Positions 1 through 9,303 of a stretch of DNA of 64,000 nucleotides are shown here, piece by piece. Made by a program: the position numbers and the translations under genes. The notes beneath the pieces were generated by a model. That model ran no database searches. It was not told where the DNA came from and saw only the letters and a list, made by a program, of their open reading frames with translations. Positions within the stretch are counted from its first letter, which is position 1. Each line of letters starts with the position of its first letter. Source of the DNA: Parcubacteria group bacterium GW2011_GWA2_42_14. GTDB lineage: Bacteria; Patescibacteriota; Minisyncoccia; Sungbacterales; GWA2-42-14. The stretch is from NCBI GenBank assembly GCA_000998135.1, contig LCCV01000005.1, forward strand, positions 157 to 64,156, given 5' to 3'.

Positions 1-82
1 TATTTTTTCGCCCAGCCTGTCTAATCACTCCGATTATTTTATTTTCTAAAGGAAGAAGGTCCATTTTTGGAGGATGAAATAA

Positions 83-811
83 TCAATCAGTAATTTCTTC
101 TGTAATATTTTTATATTTATTAATTAATTTTTTAATTTCGCTTACTGATAAACTAGGAATTATTTTATATCCACCTTCATAATTTAACCTTCTCATCAAG
201 AAACGTATACGTGCTTCCTTATGAGATTCAAACAAATGGGGATTTTCTATAACATATTCAAGTAAGGCACGCACAAAATTATTACTGCGTCCTAACATAC
301 CGAAAATAGTTCTTGTGTAATCTTGCATAGAAAAAAGTTCCTTTGTCAGCTCAAACGGATAATCGCTTTCAGAATTATATGTCATATACGCACCCCACCA
401 CAACATTGCTATCCCGTGGCGCATATATGACGAGCTTGTCTGAGTTTTCACAAACCAGTGATTAACGATATATGCCGCACGTTTTTCCTCATGCTGATCA
501 GCTACTGGCCAACGCTTTGCCATATACTCCATGAAGGGCACATGAGCCAACCAAGCCCACAAGCGCTGATCAGAGGCCATCGTACGATCTATGTCCCTCA
601 TTGACTCATAAAGAATTTGAGCATTTTCAAACTCTTCTTTATCGGCAGCGAGTTTAGGAAAAACGTCTATTTCAATAAGCGTATCCTTGGTGTCGGAGTT
701 GGAATAATTCGGCGCCCTACCCTCAACATAACCGTTGATAATCTCCTTACTCTGAAGTCGTTGACCCAGCTGATCAAGAAATGTTGTTGTAAATACTTTT
801 ATTCTTTCCAT
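83..811 (-). CDS. Hypothetical protein, 242 aa; last gene of the GHKL-ATPase four-gene operon
   Basis: Intact ORF separated by 3 nt from the upstream ORF that ends at 815. Hydrophobic, Trp-rich helical core (WAWLAHVPFMEYMAKRW, GIAMLWWGAY). No catalytic motif recognised. Confidence 0.5.
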   Translation of the reverse strand: MERIKVFTTTFLDQLGQRLQSKEIINGYVEGRAPNYSNSDTKDTLIEIDVFPKLAADKEEFENAQILYESMRDIDRTMASDQRLWAWLAHVPFMEYMAKRWPVADQHEEKRAAYIVNHWFVKTQTSSSYMRHGIAMLWWGAYMTYNSESDYPFELTKELFSMQDYTRTIFGMLGRSNNFVRALLEYVIENPHLFESHKEARIRFLMRRLNYEGGYKIIPSLSVSEIKKLINKYKNITEEITD

Positions 812-814
812 ACA

Positions 815-1657
815 CTATTCTGCTGAATCAATTATTTCTTTTAATCCGGTTAACATACGACTGACCGGTCCTTTTAATATTTCTTGTGCGATTTCAGAAA
901 TATTTTCTTTTTCCCACTCTAATTTTGCTTTTTCGGTACGCTCTTTTAATATATTAAACCACATTAAATGTCCGAATGATTCCGGTATTTCAAAAGCGTT
1001 ATAAAGAGCAGTGGTAATTGCCGGAAATGCCACACTGGACTGCAAAATCGAATTAATCTTTTCTGTTCTTGAACCCGCGAAAATCGCGAGTTTATCAAAA
1101 TCAAGACTTGGCAACCTTACCACTATTTTGTCTTGATGAGGATCAATGCTCATCGAGCCAAAAAGTCTCGGGTCGCGGACAACTTCAAGAATATCGGAAA
1201 CCGATTTTGCTCCTGCATATTTTTTCCTGGCATCGAATTTTTCAGACTCTGCTTCCGCCAAAATATCACCCGGCAAAAGAGAAACATTTGCTTCCACCCC
1301 TTCATAGTCCGGATGCGCCGTACCATTTATATAGCTGGCGATGTCGGTCGCGGCGAGCACCAGATAATCAAGCTGTACGATACTTCGAAGTTCCGATGCG
1401 GGCACGAAAACTTCAAACTGATTATTTATAAAAAGGTAACATTTTCGAAAGTGAGTCGCTTTACACATAATCTGTAAAACATAATTAGCCTGTCCGTTAT
1501 TGATTAGATCCTGAATAGATTTGTTGTCTAAATTAAAATTACCTCGGATTTTTATTTCATCCTTACCTCTAACAATTTCGACTATCGGAGCAAATGTTCC
1601 CGATACAGCATCACCATCGCCAAGTACCGGCCAAGGATATCGTGAAATTATATTCAT
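815..1657 (-). CDS. Hypothetical protein, 280 aa; third gene of the GHKL-ATPase operon
   Basis: ORF overlaps the upstream GHKL gene by 4 nt (1654-1657), implying translational coupling. No recognisable domain. Confidence 0.5.
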   Translation of the reverse strand: MNIISRYPWPVLGDGDAVSGTFAPIVEIVRGKDEIKIRGNFNLDNKSIQDLINNGQANYVLQIMCKATHFRKCYLFINNQFEVFVPASELRSIVQLDYLVLAATDIASYINGTAHPDYEGVEANVSLLPGDILAEAESEKFDARKKYAGAKSVSDILEVVRDPRLFGSMSIDPHQDKIVVRLPSLDFDKLAIFAGSRTEKINSILQSSVAFPAITTALYNAFEIPESFGHLMWFNILKERTEKAKLEWEKENISEIAQEILKGPVSRMLTGLKEIIDSAE

Positions 1658-3564
1658 GGTTGTATTTGTAAATTAGGATTTATTGCAATGACCCATGGGT
1701 CTTTTAATTCTATGGAGAGATATGCTTTTCCTGAGTCATCCAAAGAAAAATCGCAATATCCGGTATCTATCTTAATTATTTTAGTCCCACGTTCACCGAC
1801 AGCATCCGCAAGACCAAGTAATTCGCCCTCTCCCTCTTCCGCACGACCAAATAACTTCATTCGTACGACAGGATTCCCCTGAATTTTATCAGCGTGTATT
1901 AAAAAACGATACATTCGACCACTTGCAGTTGTACCCCCCACGACATAGCGCACAACCGCGTTTTCTAATTCTTTAGGCCTAATAACCGTACCTTCCGTAT
2001 CAGGTATAGTGGGAATTTCAACGGACTCATGCGGTCCTGAGGGTACCAGAGTAGGAACATCATCGGGAATTATCGGTCGCACAGGAACATAACGCTTCAC
2101 TCTAATTGGTTTTATGGTGTGAGTAGGCACAATGTTATCGTCCGGATCTTCCGAACCTATTTCAATTCCCGTTTCTTCCTCGACCGGTTCTTTCACGGGA
2201 TTGCTAGCAACTCCCGTCTGAGGTAAAATTCCGTCTGATTTCGGTACTCCAATATAGTCTGTAAGACCCGGGATAGTTGTTGATTGCTGAATTGGTGAAT
2301 ATAAAAGACCGCTTAATCCCTCGGCAATGAAAAGCTCAAGTTCCTGAGAAGCAGTTTTTCCATCCTCAACATAATGTCCGTGTTCATCTTTCCAATTGTG
2401 CCAATCCCATTCATTATGAGCGGGGTTTTCCAGCTTCCGGAGTATCTCACTTCCTTTTTTATTCCTACACTCAAAAACAGCAGCATACTTTGCTAAATGA
2501 AACGCCCTCCCCCTGAAATCAACAATCATTCCGGTATTTCTAATAAGCGCTGTCTTATTAGGGTATGGTAGTTCATCTGAGGTTCTACCGTAAAAAGAAA
2601 TTTCTCTAAGCATATCGGGGGTTTCCGATAATTTTTTTTCAGAATTAGTGTATGTATCAAAAAAATGTAGAGGATTATAAGGTTTATGAGATCTCTTTTC
2701 GTCTACTGCAAAAAATTCACTCATACGTTCACGAAGATTAGCGGCATCAAATTCTTTATCATCTACTCTTACCGTAAGTATTCCCCAATGTATTGCGGGC
2801 CAAAACCACCCCAAAACCGCCCGGCAGATTTCCTCTTTCCAATCAGTGCTTCCCTGATAATTAACAACCCAAATATCAGTTCCCTTTTCTTGCCTCTTTT
2901 TAAATATTTCCGGAATTTCTTTTTTATTCTTGATAGGTAACTGCCTTGGAAGACCGTATGTACCATTACCTTGCATTAATTCACCGTCCTGGTTAAAGGA
3001 TAGCAGCCGCAATTTTCCGGCAAACTTAATCCCTTCATCGGTAACCGTAGAAACGAATATAGTTCTAAAAAGCGAATTTGCAAAAAAAGCTCCCTTCCCT
3101 AATCCAAAAGCACCACCTGCCCAGGCTTCACCGGCATTAAATCCAACACCACGCATAAACATAAACCAACGCCCATCTTCAGTATCGCCGGTTAAACCGC
3201 AAGTATTGTAATCCGAAATCCGTAATAACGAAACGGAAATACCGCTTTTTAAAATATCTGCCTGAGCACGATAATGCTTTGCCGCATGAAGTACTCCTCT
3301 TTTCTCGGCATAATCGGCACATTTTCTGAATATTTTTTCTAACCGTTCCGGATTGGGTAATTCCCTTATAGGAAAATTTTCTAGATCAAATTCTGCTCTG
3401 ACCGGATTTTTACCGGGCAATTTTGCGTCAATAATATTTTGGATAGCTTCCCTTATTAGACTATCGGTTAAATTTTCTTCATATGCAAAATTTGCCGCAA
3501 CCGGGTCATTAAACCCCGCGACGTCTCCACCATCTGTTTTGCCAAAATGATAATCGGTTGTCAT
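1654..3564 (-). CDS. GHKL/Bergerat-fold ATPase (HATPase_c; MORC/MutL/Hsp90-like), 636 aa
   Basis: N-box EAIQNIIDA, G1 box DYNTCGLTGD and G2 box GAFGLGKGAFF sit in the correct order for a Bergerat ATP-binding fold. The C-terminal roughly 350 aa has no recognised domain. Confidence 0.75.
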   Translation of the reverse strand: MTTDYHFGKTDGGDVAGFNDPVAANFAYEENLTDSLIREAIQNIIDAKLPGKNPVRAEFDLENFPIRELPNPERLEKIFRKCADYAEKRGVLHAAKHYRAQADILKSGISVSLLRISDYNTCGLTGDTEDGRWFMFMRGVGFNAGEAWAGGAFGLGKGAFFANSLFRTIFVSTVTDEGIKFAGKLRLLSFNQDGELMQGNGTYGLPRQLPIKNKKEIPEIFKKRQEKGTDIWVVNYQGSTDWKEEICRAVLGWFWPAIHWGILTVRVDDKEFDAANLRERMSEFFAVDEKRSHKPYNPLHFFDTYTNSEKKLSETPDMLREISFYGRTSDELPYPNKTALIRNTGMIVDFRGRAFHLAKYAAVFECRNKKGSEILRKLENPAHNEWDWHNWKDEHGHYVEDGKTASQELELFIAEGLSGLLYSPIQQSTTIPGLTDYIGVPKSDGILPQTGVASNPVKEPVEEETGIEIGSEDPDDNIVPTHTIKPIRVKRYVPVRPIIPDDVPTLVPSGPHESVEIPTIPDTEGTVIRPKELENAVVRYVVGGTTASGRMYRFLIHADKIQGNPVVRMKLFGRAEEGEGELLGLADAVGERGTKIIKIDTGYCDFSLDDSGKAYLSIELKDPWVIAINPNLQIQP

Positions 3565-3567
3565 GGT

Positions 3568-3786
3568 TTATAATTTAAATTCTTTATCCCTTGGTAAGTG
3601 AAATTTCCCTCTGGCCTCTTTTACTGCCTGATCAATCTCTAAAAATATTCGTCGAACTTGATCAGGTGAATATGAATAATTTCCCTTATTCCCACAGTTA
3701 CCGAGAATGCGCATATCTCGTAAAACTGCCCTGGTTCGGCGCTCAGCAACCCTTTTAAACCTATCATTTTTTGATTCATTTTCCAT
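3568..3786 (-). CDS. Small basic protein, 72 aa; first gene of the GHKL operon, possible DNA-binding regulator
   Basis: Ends 3 nt before the GHKL start. Arg/Lys-rich (RFKRVAERRTRAVLRDMRILGN). Confidence 0.4.
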   Translation of the reverse strand: MENESKNDRFKRVAERRTRAVLRDMRILGNCGNKGNYSYSPDQVRRIFLEIDQAVKEARGKFHLPRDKEFKL

Positions 3787-3991
3787 ATTAATAAGTATTT
3801 ATTGAGCTTTTTAAGTATTTTAGTTATAGAGTTCAGATATCTAGTACTATATGTCCCCCATTATACTCGTAGTGGATTTTTTGTCAATAGCTACAAGAAT
3901 ATAAGAATGATAGTAAAAAAACAAATACTTTTTCGTTAACGAACCAACAGACGAACACAAAAACCGCCGATACCGGCAATTTTTTTGTTTA

Positions 3992-4429
3992 TTAATTGAG
4001 GGCCTTTTTAATTTTCTTAATAACGTCTTCCGGATACTTTTTTATCCCGTGTTCCCAAACAATAAGAGGTTTCCATCCGAAGTGCTTAATTTTTCGCAAA
4101 ACGGCTATATCCCTCTTTTTATTCCCGTTTATTTTCTCTCGCCAAAATTTTACATTGGTTTTAGGAATTGATCTATGTAGCTTACATCCGTGCCAAAAAC
4201 ACCCATGAACAAAAATCACAACCCGCTGCTTCGGAAAAATAAAATCGGGACGAACATTGAATATTTTTTGATGACGCCGCCAATGAGAAATCCCTTCTTT
4301 GCGAAAAAATCTTACGAGATTTAATTCGGTTGTTACATTACCGCTGCTATGTATAGCCGCCATATTCCGTGAACGTTGTTTGATATTTATTCGATCAACC
4401 ATGAATAGTTTTGATAATATTTTTTGCAA
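3992..4429 (-). CDS. vsr: Very-short-patch-repair endonuclease Vsr
   Basis: RSRNMAAI, RPDFIF and FVHGCFWHGC motifs match Vsr (E. coli has RSKNMRAI and FTHGCFWHHH). Overlaps the upstream dcm by 35 nt, as in classic dcm-vsr pairs. Confidence 0.9.
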   Translation of the reverse strand: MQKILSKLFMVDRINIKQRSRNMAAIHSSGNVTTELNLVRFFRKEGISHWRRHQKIFNVRPDFIFPKQRVVIFVHGCFWHGCKLHRSIPKTNVKFWREKINGNKKRDIAVLRKIKHFGWKPLIVWEHGIKKYPEDVIKKIKKALN

Positions 4430-5408
4430 TTGCCTCGATTACGGACACCGCAACACTGTTACCAAGCTGTTTCATTTTCTGAGAATAAGATAGATTGCCG
4501 GGAAAAATAAAATTTGACGGAAAACCCATCATTGTTTTTGCTTCTTCAACCGTTAATACATGCGGTTTATTGTTAACCAAATACGTATCCCAATTTCGTC
4601 TGTCCCTAAACCAAGACCCATCAGGATTCTTTCTGAAAGGCGATTTTCTTCCCCCGACGCGTATCGTTGACCCTATTATAGCAGGCCATCTTTTTCCAAA
4701 AATCTGTCTTAGGGTTACACCCCGCGGAGTCGTCGAGGATGGAAACCTAAAACTATTGGCCTTTCTTAAATCCTTTCTAAATGCGACAAGATAAAATCTT
4801 GGTCGATGAGTGGGCAGTCCGAAAGCGCTTGCCCTCAAAATTTCCCAATTAAAACCCCTTTCAGGCCTTACATCGTAACCGGCACCATCCAACTTATCCA
4901 GGATTACAACGAGCGTTTTATTGTCGTTGTGACTGACGATATTTCTTACGTTTTCCAAAAAAATAACCTTTGGTTTTCGCGCCCTAACTATTCTTTCTAT
5001 ATCATTAAACATTGTCCCTCTTACATCATCAAACCCCTTTTGTTTTCCAACCTGACTAAACGGCTGACATGGAAAACCGGCGCAAAGAATATCGAAGTTC
5101 GGAATAATTTCCCCAATATTTCTTTTCCAAATATATTTAGGTTCGTTTGTATCGGTGCGAGTTATTTGCTTAATATCCTTCCAAAAGAACGATTCTCTCT
5201 CGTCATCTATAAATAAGGTCGGGTCGACTTTTTTGAAATAATTTTTATAAGTTTCTTTGGCACATTTATTAAATTCATTCACAAAAACACACTTTCCGCC
5301 AAGCCTATGAAGAGCTAAATGAAAACCGCCTATTCCGGCAAATAAGTCGATAAAAGTGAATTTTGATTTTTTAGCACCCATTTCTCTATGTATGTTTAAC
5401 CTTAACAT
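4395..5408 (-). CDS. dcm: DNA cytosine-5 methyltransferase (Dcm-type m5C MTase)
   Basis: Motif I FIDLFAGIGGF, motif IV GFPCQPFS and motif VI ENV are present. Confidence 0.9.
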   Translation of the reverse strand: MLRLNIHREMGAKKSKFTFIDLFAGIGGFHLALHRLGGKCVFVNEFNKCAKETYKNYFKKVDPTLFIDDERESFFWKDIKQITRTDTNEPKYIWKRNIGEIIPNFDILCAGFPCQPFSQVGKQKGFDDVRGTMFNDIERIVRARKPKVIFLENVRNIVSHNDNKTLVVILDKLDGAGYDVRPERGFNWEILRASAFGLPTHRPRFYLVAFRKDLRKANSFRFPSSTTPRGVTLRQIFGKRWPAIIGSTIRVGGRKSPFRKNPDGSWFRDRRNWDTYLVNNKPHVLTVEEAKTMMGFPSNFIFPGNLSYSQKMKQLGNSVAVSVIEAIAKNIIKTIHG

Positions 5409-5437
5409 TTATAAAATAACATAAAACCGCTTAATCT

Positions 5438-5464
5438 TAAAGCCGCTGATCATCAGCGGTTTTA
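5438..5464 (-). terminator. Rho-independent terminator hairpin between the nuclease gene and dcm
   Basis: aaagCCGCTGATcATCAGCGGtttt forms an 8-bp stem with T/A tracts on both sides. Confidence 0.6.
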
Positions 5465-5496
5465 AGAAGGTTTGATAGTAATTTTACTATTCCCGG

Positions 5497-6645
5497 CTAT
5501 TTAATGGCCTGCTTAAACCCAAGAATCGCCGATTTAAAGAGTTCAATAGATTTTTTATCCGGAAAGGCCTCTTGAAACGTCATGTTCTTTCCGGGGAAAT
5601 CGCTGATACGAGACCCTCTCTTCCCTTCTCTAATTTCCTTGTCTGTACGTGCATACCATTTTTTTATTGCCGGCAGCTTCAATAATTTTTCACGCAATAA
5701 TTGGGATAATCGTTCGCCATCTTTTCCTGGAATTTCGTTTGTAATCCTCCAAAAACCTATTTTAAAACGGCCGTCGCTTTTCAAACTAACAATGCGTAAA
5801 AACCCGCTTTTTGCTTTGGGGTATTCGAGTCTAAGATAAGTGCGACCCAAATCGTGACCCGTTCCGTAACCCGGCTCCGCCAGTTCCGTGCGGCCGAATT
5901 CATAAAGATCAAGGATTGCATTCGAAAGTTCCTTGTCCTTAACCTCTTTTATTTTCTGGCGGAAAAAATCGTCATTTTGTTTATTGGGCCGGTATCCGCC
6001 CGCGATGTCTTTTTTTACCTCAGCACCGTATAGCTTGGGAATCAATATTTCATAGTCCTCGTGCTTATAATATTCAAATTCAACTGCAAAAAGATCAAAA
6101 CGGCTGTTTTCATTGATGAAAAGAATAAGGTTTTTCAATTGGTCATCAACTTTATCGAGAAGCACCACGAACCGATAATTTCCCTTGCTTAAGTTTTGCC
6201 GAACGTTTTCCAAAAGCAATGCGGCATCTTCGTCCTCAATACCGAAGAATTCTTTAACCAGTTGAACGGTATTCTGCTTAAATTTTTCCTGAACTTTTGC
6301 ATCAAGTTCCCGCATGAATTCGGTAAAATCCCCGTATGAGCGCCATAACGACGCACCATAATCAAGAACTTGTGCCACAATAGAACGCTTGTCCGAATTC
6401 CGGTAAAGCTTTGTTTCAATTAAGTAAACTTCACCATCTTTATCAATACCGAGGGCGTCGATTGGTCCGTGTTCTGTATAAAATTCTCTTGCAAGAATAA
6501 GAAGCTGGATATCCTTTTTAATATCGTAAACAGGGATGCTTTCAGGATTGTCATAAATATATTTCTGCAAATTTCCTTCTCGCTCAAATGTTGACTCGGG
6601 TACTGGTTTGGCATTTTTGCCGTTTTTTGAGATGATGATTGTCAT
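5497..6645 (-). CDS. PD-(D/E)xK-family nuclease, 382 aa; putative restriction endonuclease partner of the m5C MTase
   Basis: IDALGIDKDGEVYLIETKL contains a D...E-x-K catalytic core. Sits immediately upstream of dcm-vsr on the same strand. Confidence 0.55.
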   Translation of the reverse strand: MTIIISKNGKNAKPVPESTFEREGNLQKYIYDNPESIPVYDIKKDIQLLILAREFYTEHGPIDALGIDKDGEVYLIETKLYRNSDKRSIVAQVLDYGASLWRSYGDFTEFMRELDAKVQEKFKQNTVQLVKEFFGIEDEDAALLLENVRQNLSKGNYRFVVLLDKVDDQLKNLILFINENSRFDLFAVEFEYYKHEDYEILIPKLYGAEVKKDIAGGYRPNKQNDDFFRQKIKEVKDKELSNAILDLYEFGRTELAEPGYGTGHDLGRTYLRLEYPKAKSGFLRIVSLKSDGRFKIGFWRITNEIPGKDGERLSQLLREKLLKLPAIKKWYARTDKEIREGKRGSRISDFPGKNMTFQEAFPDKKSIELFKSAILGFKQAIK

Positions 6646-7295
6646 AGGTTTTTATGACGACGGGAAACACAAAGCCCCGCGCCAGCTAGGTCTTGCGACC
6701 CCATACCGGTTTCCCGATATGGCCCATCAAAGAGTTGCTGAACGCGGGGTTCAGTATCTTCATCGGGTCTTTATGCCATGCCCGGCGGTATGAACCGAAG
6801 GGTTTAGGACAATTAAATTGTTATCGTTATAACGACTATATCAAAAATGCCCGTTTCAATCAATTTTCTGTCCATTTCATAGCATAAATACTTGCTTTTG
6901 CGAAGGATCGAGTTATCAACAGCGGCTATTTGCAAACTCTTGATTTATTCAAAATAATTTGCTATTATGAAAATAATTGAATAGAAATCTTAGCGGCTGT
7001 CTCTAGTCTATAAAGATTATCAGATAGCTGTGTCGGCTAGACCGCCTAAGGTTTTATCAGCAATGCTATTTTGTATTGCTGTTGAAACTTTGGGCGGTTT
7101 TTATTTTTCGCCCCTTCGCCGCCACGGTCAACGGCGAAATGTAACCAAAGGAGAATATTGCTTATGAAATAAAACGCGTGCCATGAGTACGCAAAACGAA
7201 AATACTAAAAAACTCAGATATTAATAACGGAAACGGCTTATCCTAGAAAGGTTCAGTATAGAAACTTTCTTTGGTGAGCCGTTCCCTAAATTAAG

Positions 7296-8642
7296 ATGTT
7301 AGAAATTGATAGTGAAAAACAGCTTAAAATTACTTATGTTCCGGTGGATTCCCTCCAGCCTTCCGAGTACAATCCGCGCTCATGGAGCAAAGATGCCGCC
7401 GGGCAATTGAAAGAGAGTATAACCAGATATGGAATGGTGGACCCCATTTTGGTAAACTCCGCACCCGAAAGGAACGGCGTACTTATCGGAGGGCATTTCC
7501 GATGGGCAATGGCAAAGGAACTTGGGATAACAGAAGTACCAGTTGTCTATCTTAATATTCCTGACCTTGAAAAAGAGAAGGAACTTAATTTAAGGCTGAA
7601 CCGCAATCAAGGCGAATGGAATCTTGAACTTCTCGCTGAATTTGATGAAAAATTGCTCGCCGATATAGGTTTTAGTTCCGAAGAGATTGATGAAATATTT
7701 GGAATTGAGGAGAATCCGGAAATGTTTGATCTGGAAAAGGAATTAAAAAAACTGTCGATTGATAAAGTTGACGTGCAGAAAGGCGACGTCTATAAAATCG
7801 GAGAACATCGCGTCATGTGCGGAGATTCCACGATTGAAACGGATATGCTCAAACTCATGGCTGGAGAAAAAGCCGATATGTGCTTCACAGACCCGCCATA
7901 TTTACTCTCATATTTGACCGGAAAGAAGCGACATGGAAAAGCAACTGAAGGATTCGGGTTAAAACGCGACCGCCGGTATCTAGAAACAGATGTTTTGCCG
8001 GATAACTTCACGGAACTCTGGATGACAAATATTGCCAAGATTCAAAAACCGGATTTTTCAATCATCGTGTTTGAGAATCCTAAGAATTTGCGGACTATCT
8101 GGAACGAACTTGAAAAGTATTGGCGCTGGCGCAATACAATCATCTGGCACTTACCAAATCGCGTCTCCGGTTTCTCAGCAAAATACAAGTTCTTTAACAA
8201 ACACGATATTGCCCTCGTCGGCACCGACGGGAATCCATCATTAAATTTGGAACCGGAATCGGATGAATTATTTCAAAACGAGTATGAGAACGCATTATAC
8301 GCAACTTCCGGAAAACCGCACTGGGAGGGCTATGAGAAAGGAAAAAAGATCTGCCCTACGGATTTTATTGAGCACATTGCGGCTGATGAAAAATCCAGCG
8401 GCCAAGGAATAATATTCGGCACGAAGCCGATTGAACTCCTTATCCCATACATCAAGGTTCTCACGAAACGCGGAGATCTTATAGTAGAACCTTTCGGCGG
8501 ATCGGGATCTATGCTGGTTGCGGCAGAAAAGTTGAAACGACGGTGCTTTCTGATGGAAAAAAGTCCGATCTACACAGCCGTCATATTAAACCGAGTTGAA
8601 AAAATTATTGGCATAAAAGGAGAAAAAATCAATGAGGGATAA
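7296..8642 (+). CDS. ParB-like nuclease domain fused to an N6-adenine/N4-cytosine DNA methyltransferase (beta-class)
   Basis: N-terminal ParB/Srx signature (YNPRSW ... GGHFRWAMAKELG). Motif IV DPPY (CFTDPPYLL) precedes motif I (VEPFGGSGS) at the C-terminus. Confidence 0.85.
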   Translation: MLEIDSEKQLKITYVPVDSLQPSEYNPRSWSKDAAGQLKESITRYGMVDPILVNSAPERNGVLIGGHFRWAMAKELGITEVPVVYLNIPDLEKEKELNLRLNRNQGEWNLELLAEFDEKLLADIGFSSEEIDEIFGIEENPEMFDLEKELKKLSIDKVDVQKGDVYKIGEHRVMCGDSTIETDMLKLMAGEKADMCFTDPPYLLSYLTGKKRHGKATEGFGLKRDRRYLETDVLPDNFTELWMTNIAKIQKPDFSIIVFENPKNLRTIWNELEKYWRWRNTIIWHLPNRVSGFSAKYKFFNKHDIALVGTDGNPSLNLEPESDELFQNEYENALYATSGKPHWEGYEKGKKICPTDFIEHIAADEKSSGQGIIFGTKPIELLIPYIKVLTKRGDLIVEPFGGSGSMLVAAEKLKRRCFLMEKSPIYTAVILNRVEKIIGIKGEKINEG

Positions 8643-9201
8643 AATAGAGGAAAAGCTAAAAATACTTGAAACGCTGAAAACAACGCCGGTGATTAGTGTG
8701 GCGTGCGCTAAGGCGGGCTTGGCGCGCGCCACAATCTATCGCTGGCTTAACGACGATATTGACTTCGAAAAACAAGTTCAACAGGCCATGAGATCCGGCG
8801 CTAAGAATATTAACGACTTGGCGTATGCAAAACTGATCCAGAAAATCAACGAAGGCAGTCTGGGAGCCACTACTTTTTACCTCTCACACCGGCATCCTTT
8901 ATTCAAAAAGAAAGAAAAATTTAAAGTGGAAGTGACACAGAAAAATTCTCCGATCTATGACATTCCCGAAAGTGCGTTTAACGAAGTTTTAATCAGTAAA
9001 CTCCCGAAAAAACTCAGAAAGCAAGTAGTAAGAAAAGCAATAAGGATACACGAGATAGTGCGACAAGCCATCGAGAAAGCGCGCAAGGAGCGCCCGTACT
9101 TGGGACCCAAAAACCCGTCATCAAAGTATTGTCTACAAGATACGCTGCCGTGGGGGTTAATTCTTAAGAGCGTTCTTGAAGAAGAAAAGGGGAAGAAATA
9201 G
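8632..9201 (+). CDS. HTH DNA-binding protein (terminase-small-subunit-like or transposase-HTH-like)
   Basis: PVISVACAKAGLARATIYRWLNDD reads as a helix-turn-helix. The start overlaps the MTase stop by 11 nt. Confidence 0.5.
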   Translation: MRDKIEEKLKILETLKTTPVISVACAKAGLARATIYRWLNDDIDFEKQVQQAMRSGAKNINDLAYAKLIQKINEGSLGATTFYLSHRHPLFKKKEKFKVEVTQKNSPIYDIPESAFNEVLISKLPKKLRKQVVRKAIRIHEIVRQAIEKARKERPYLGPKNPSSKYCLQDTLPWGLILKSVLEEEKGKK

Positions 9202-9303
9202 TTATCAACTGCTTGGTTTGAGGGGGTCTGGACTCACAGGAGGGGTTGCGTCATCAATGTCCTTGTCGAAAGGTTATTAAATAACTAAGTAAAACAAGGG
9301 CTT

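Noticed and set aside
617-1477. Small plus-strand ORFs (617-826, 1069-1431, 1133-1477) antisense to the cassette genes
   Set aside because: They are fully embedded antisense to long ORFs that carry motifs, with no RBS, and are chance open frames in AT-rich DNA. The same applies to the many 60-130-aa antisense ORFs in the track (for example 2686-3211, 4495-5216, 11041-11783, 15129-16361, 42021-43631, 50025-51002, 62040-63268).
83-3564. Topoisomerase VI (B subunit GHKL plus Spo11-like A subunit) interpretation of the GHKL operon
   Set aside because: The partner proteins are too short (280 and 242 aa) and show no Toprim DxD or winged-helix catalytic-Tyr signature. It is kept as a formal alternative only.
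6650-6830. tmRNA, RNase P or SRP RNA in the GC-rich intergenic segment
   Set aside because: None of the universally conserved motifs is present (tmRNA 3' tRNA-like end, RNase P GGAAAGUCCGGGCU, SRP domain-IV GGAA...AGCAGCC).
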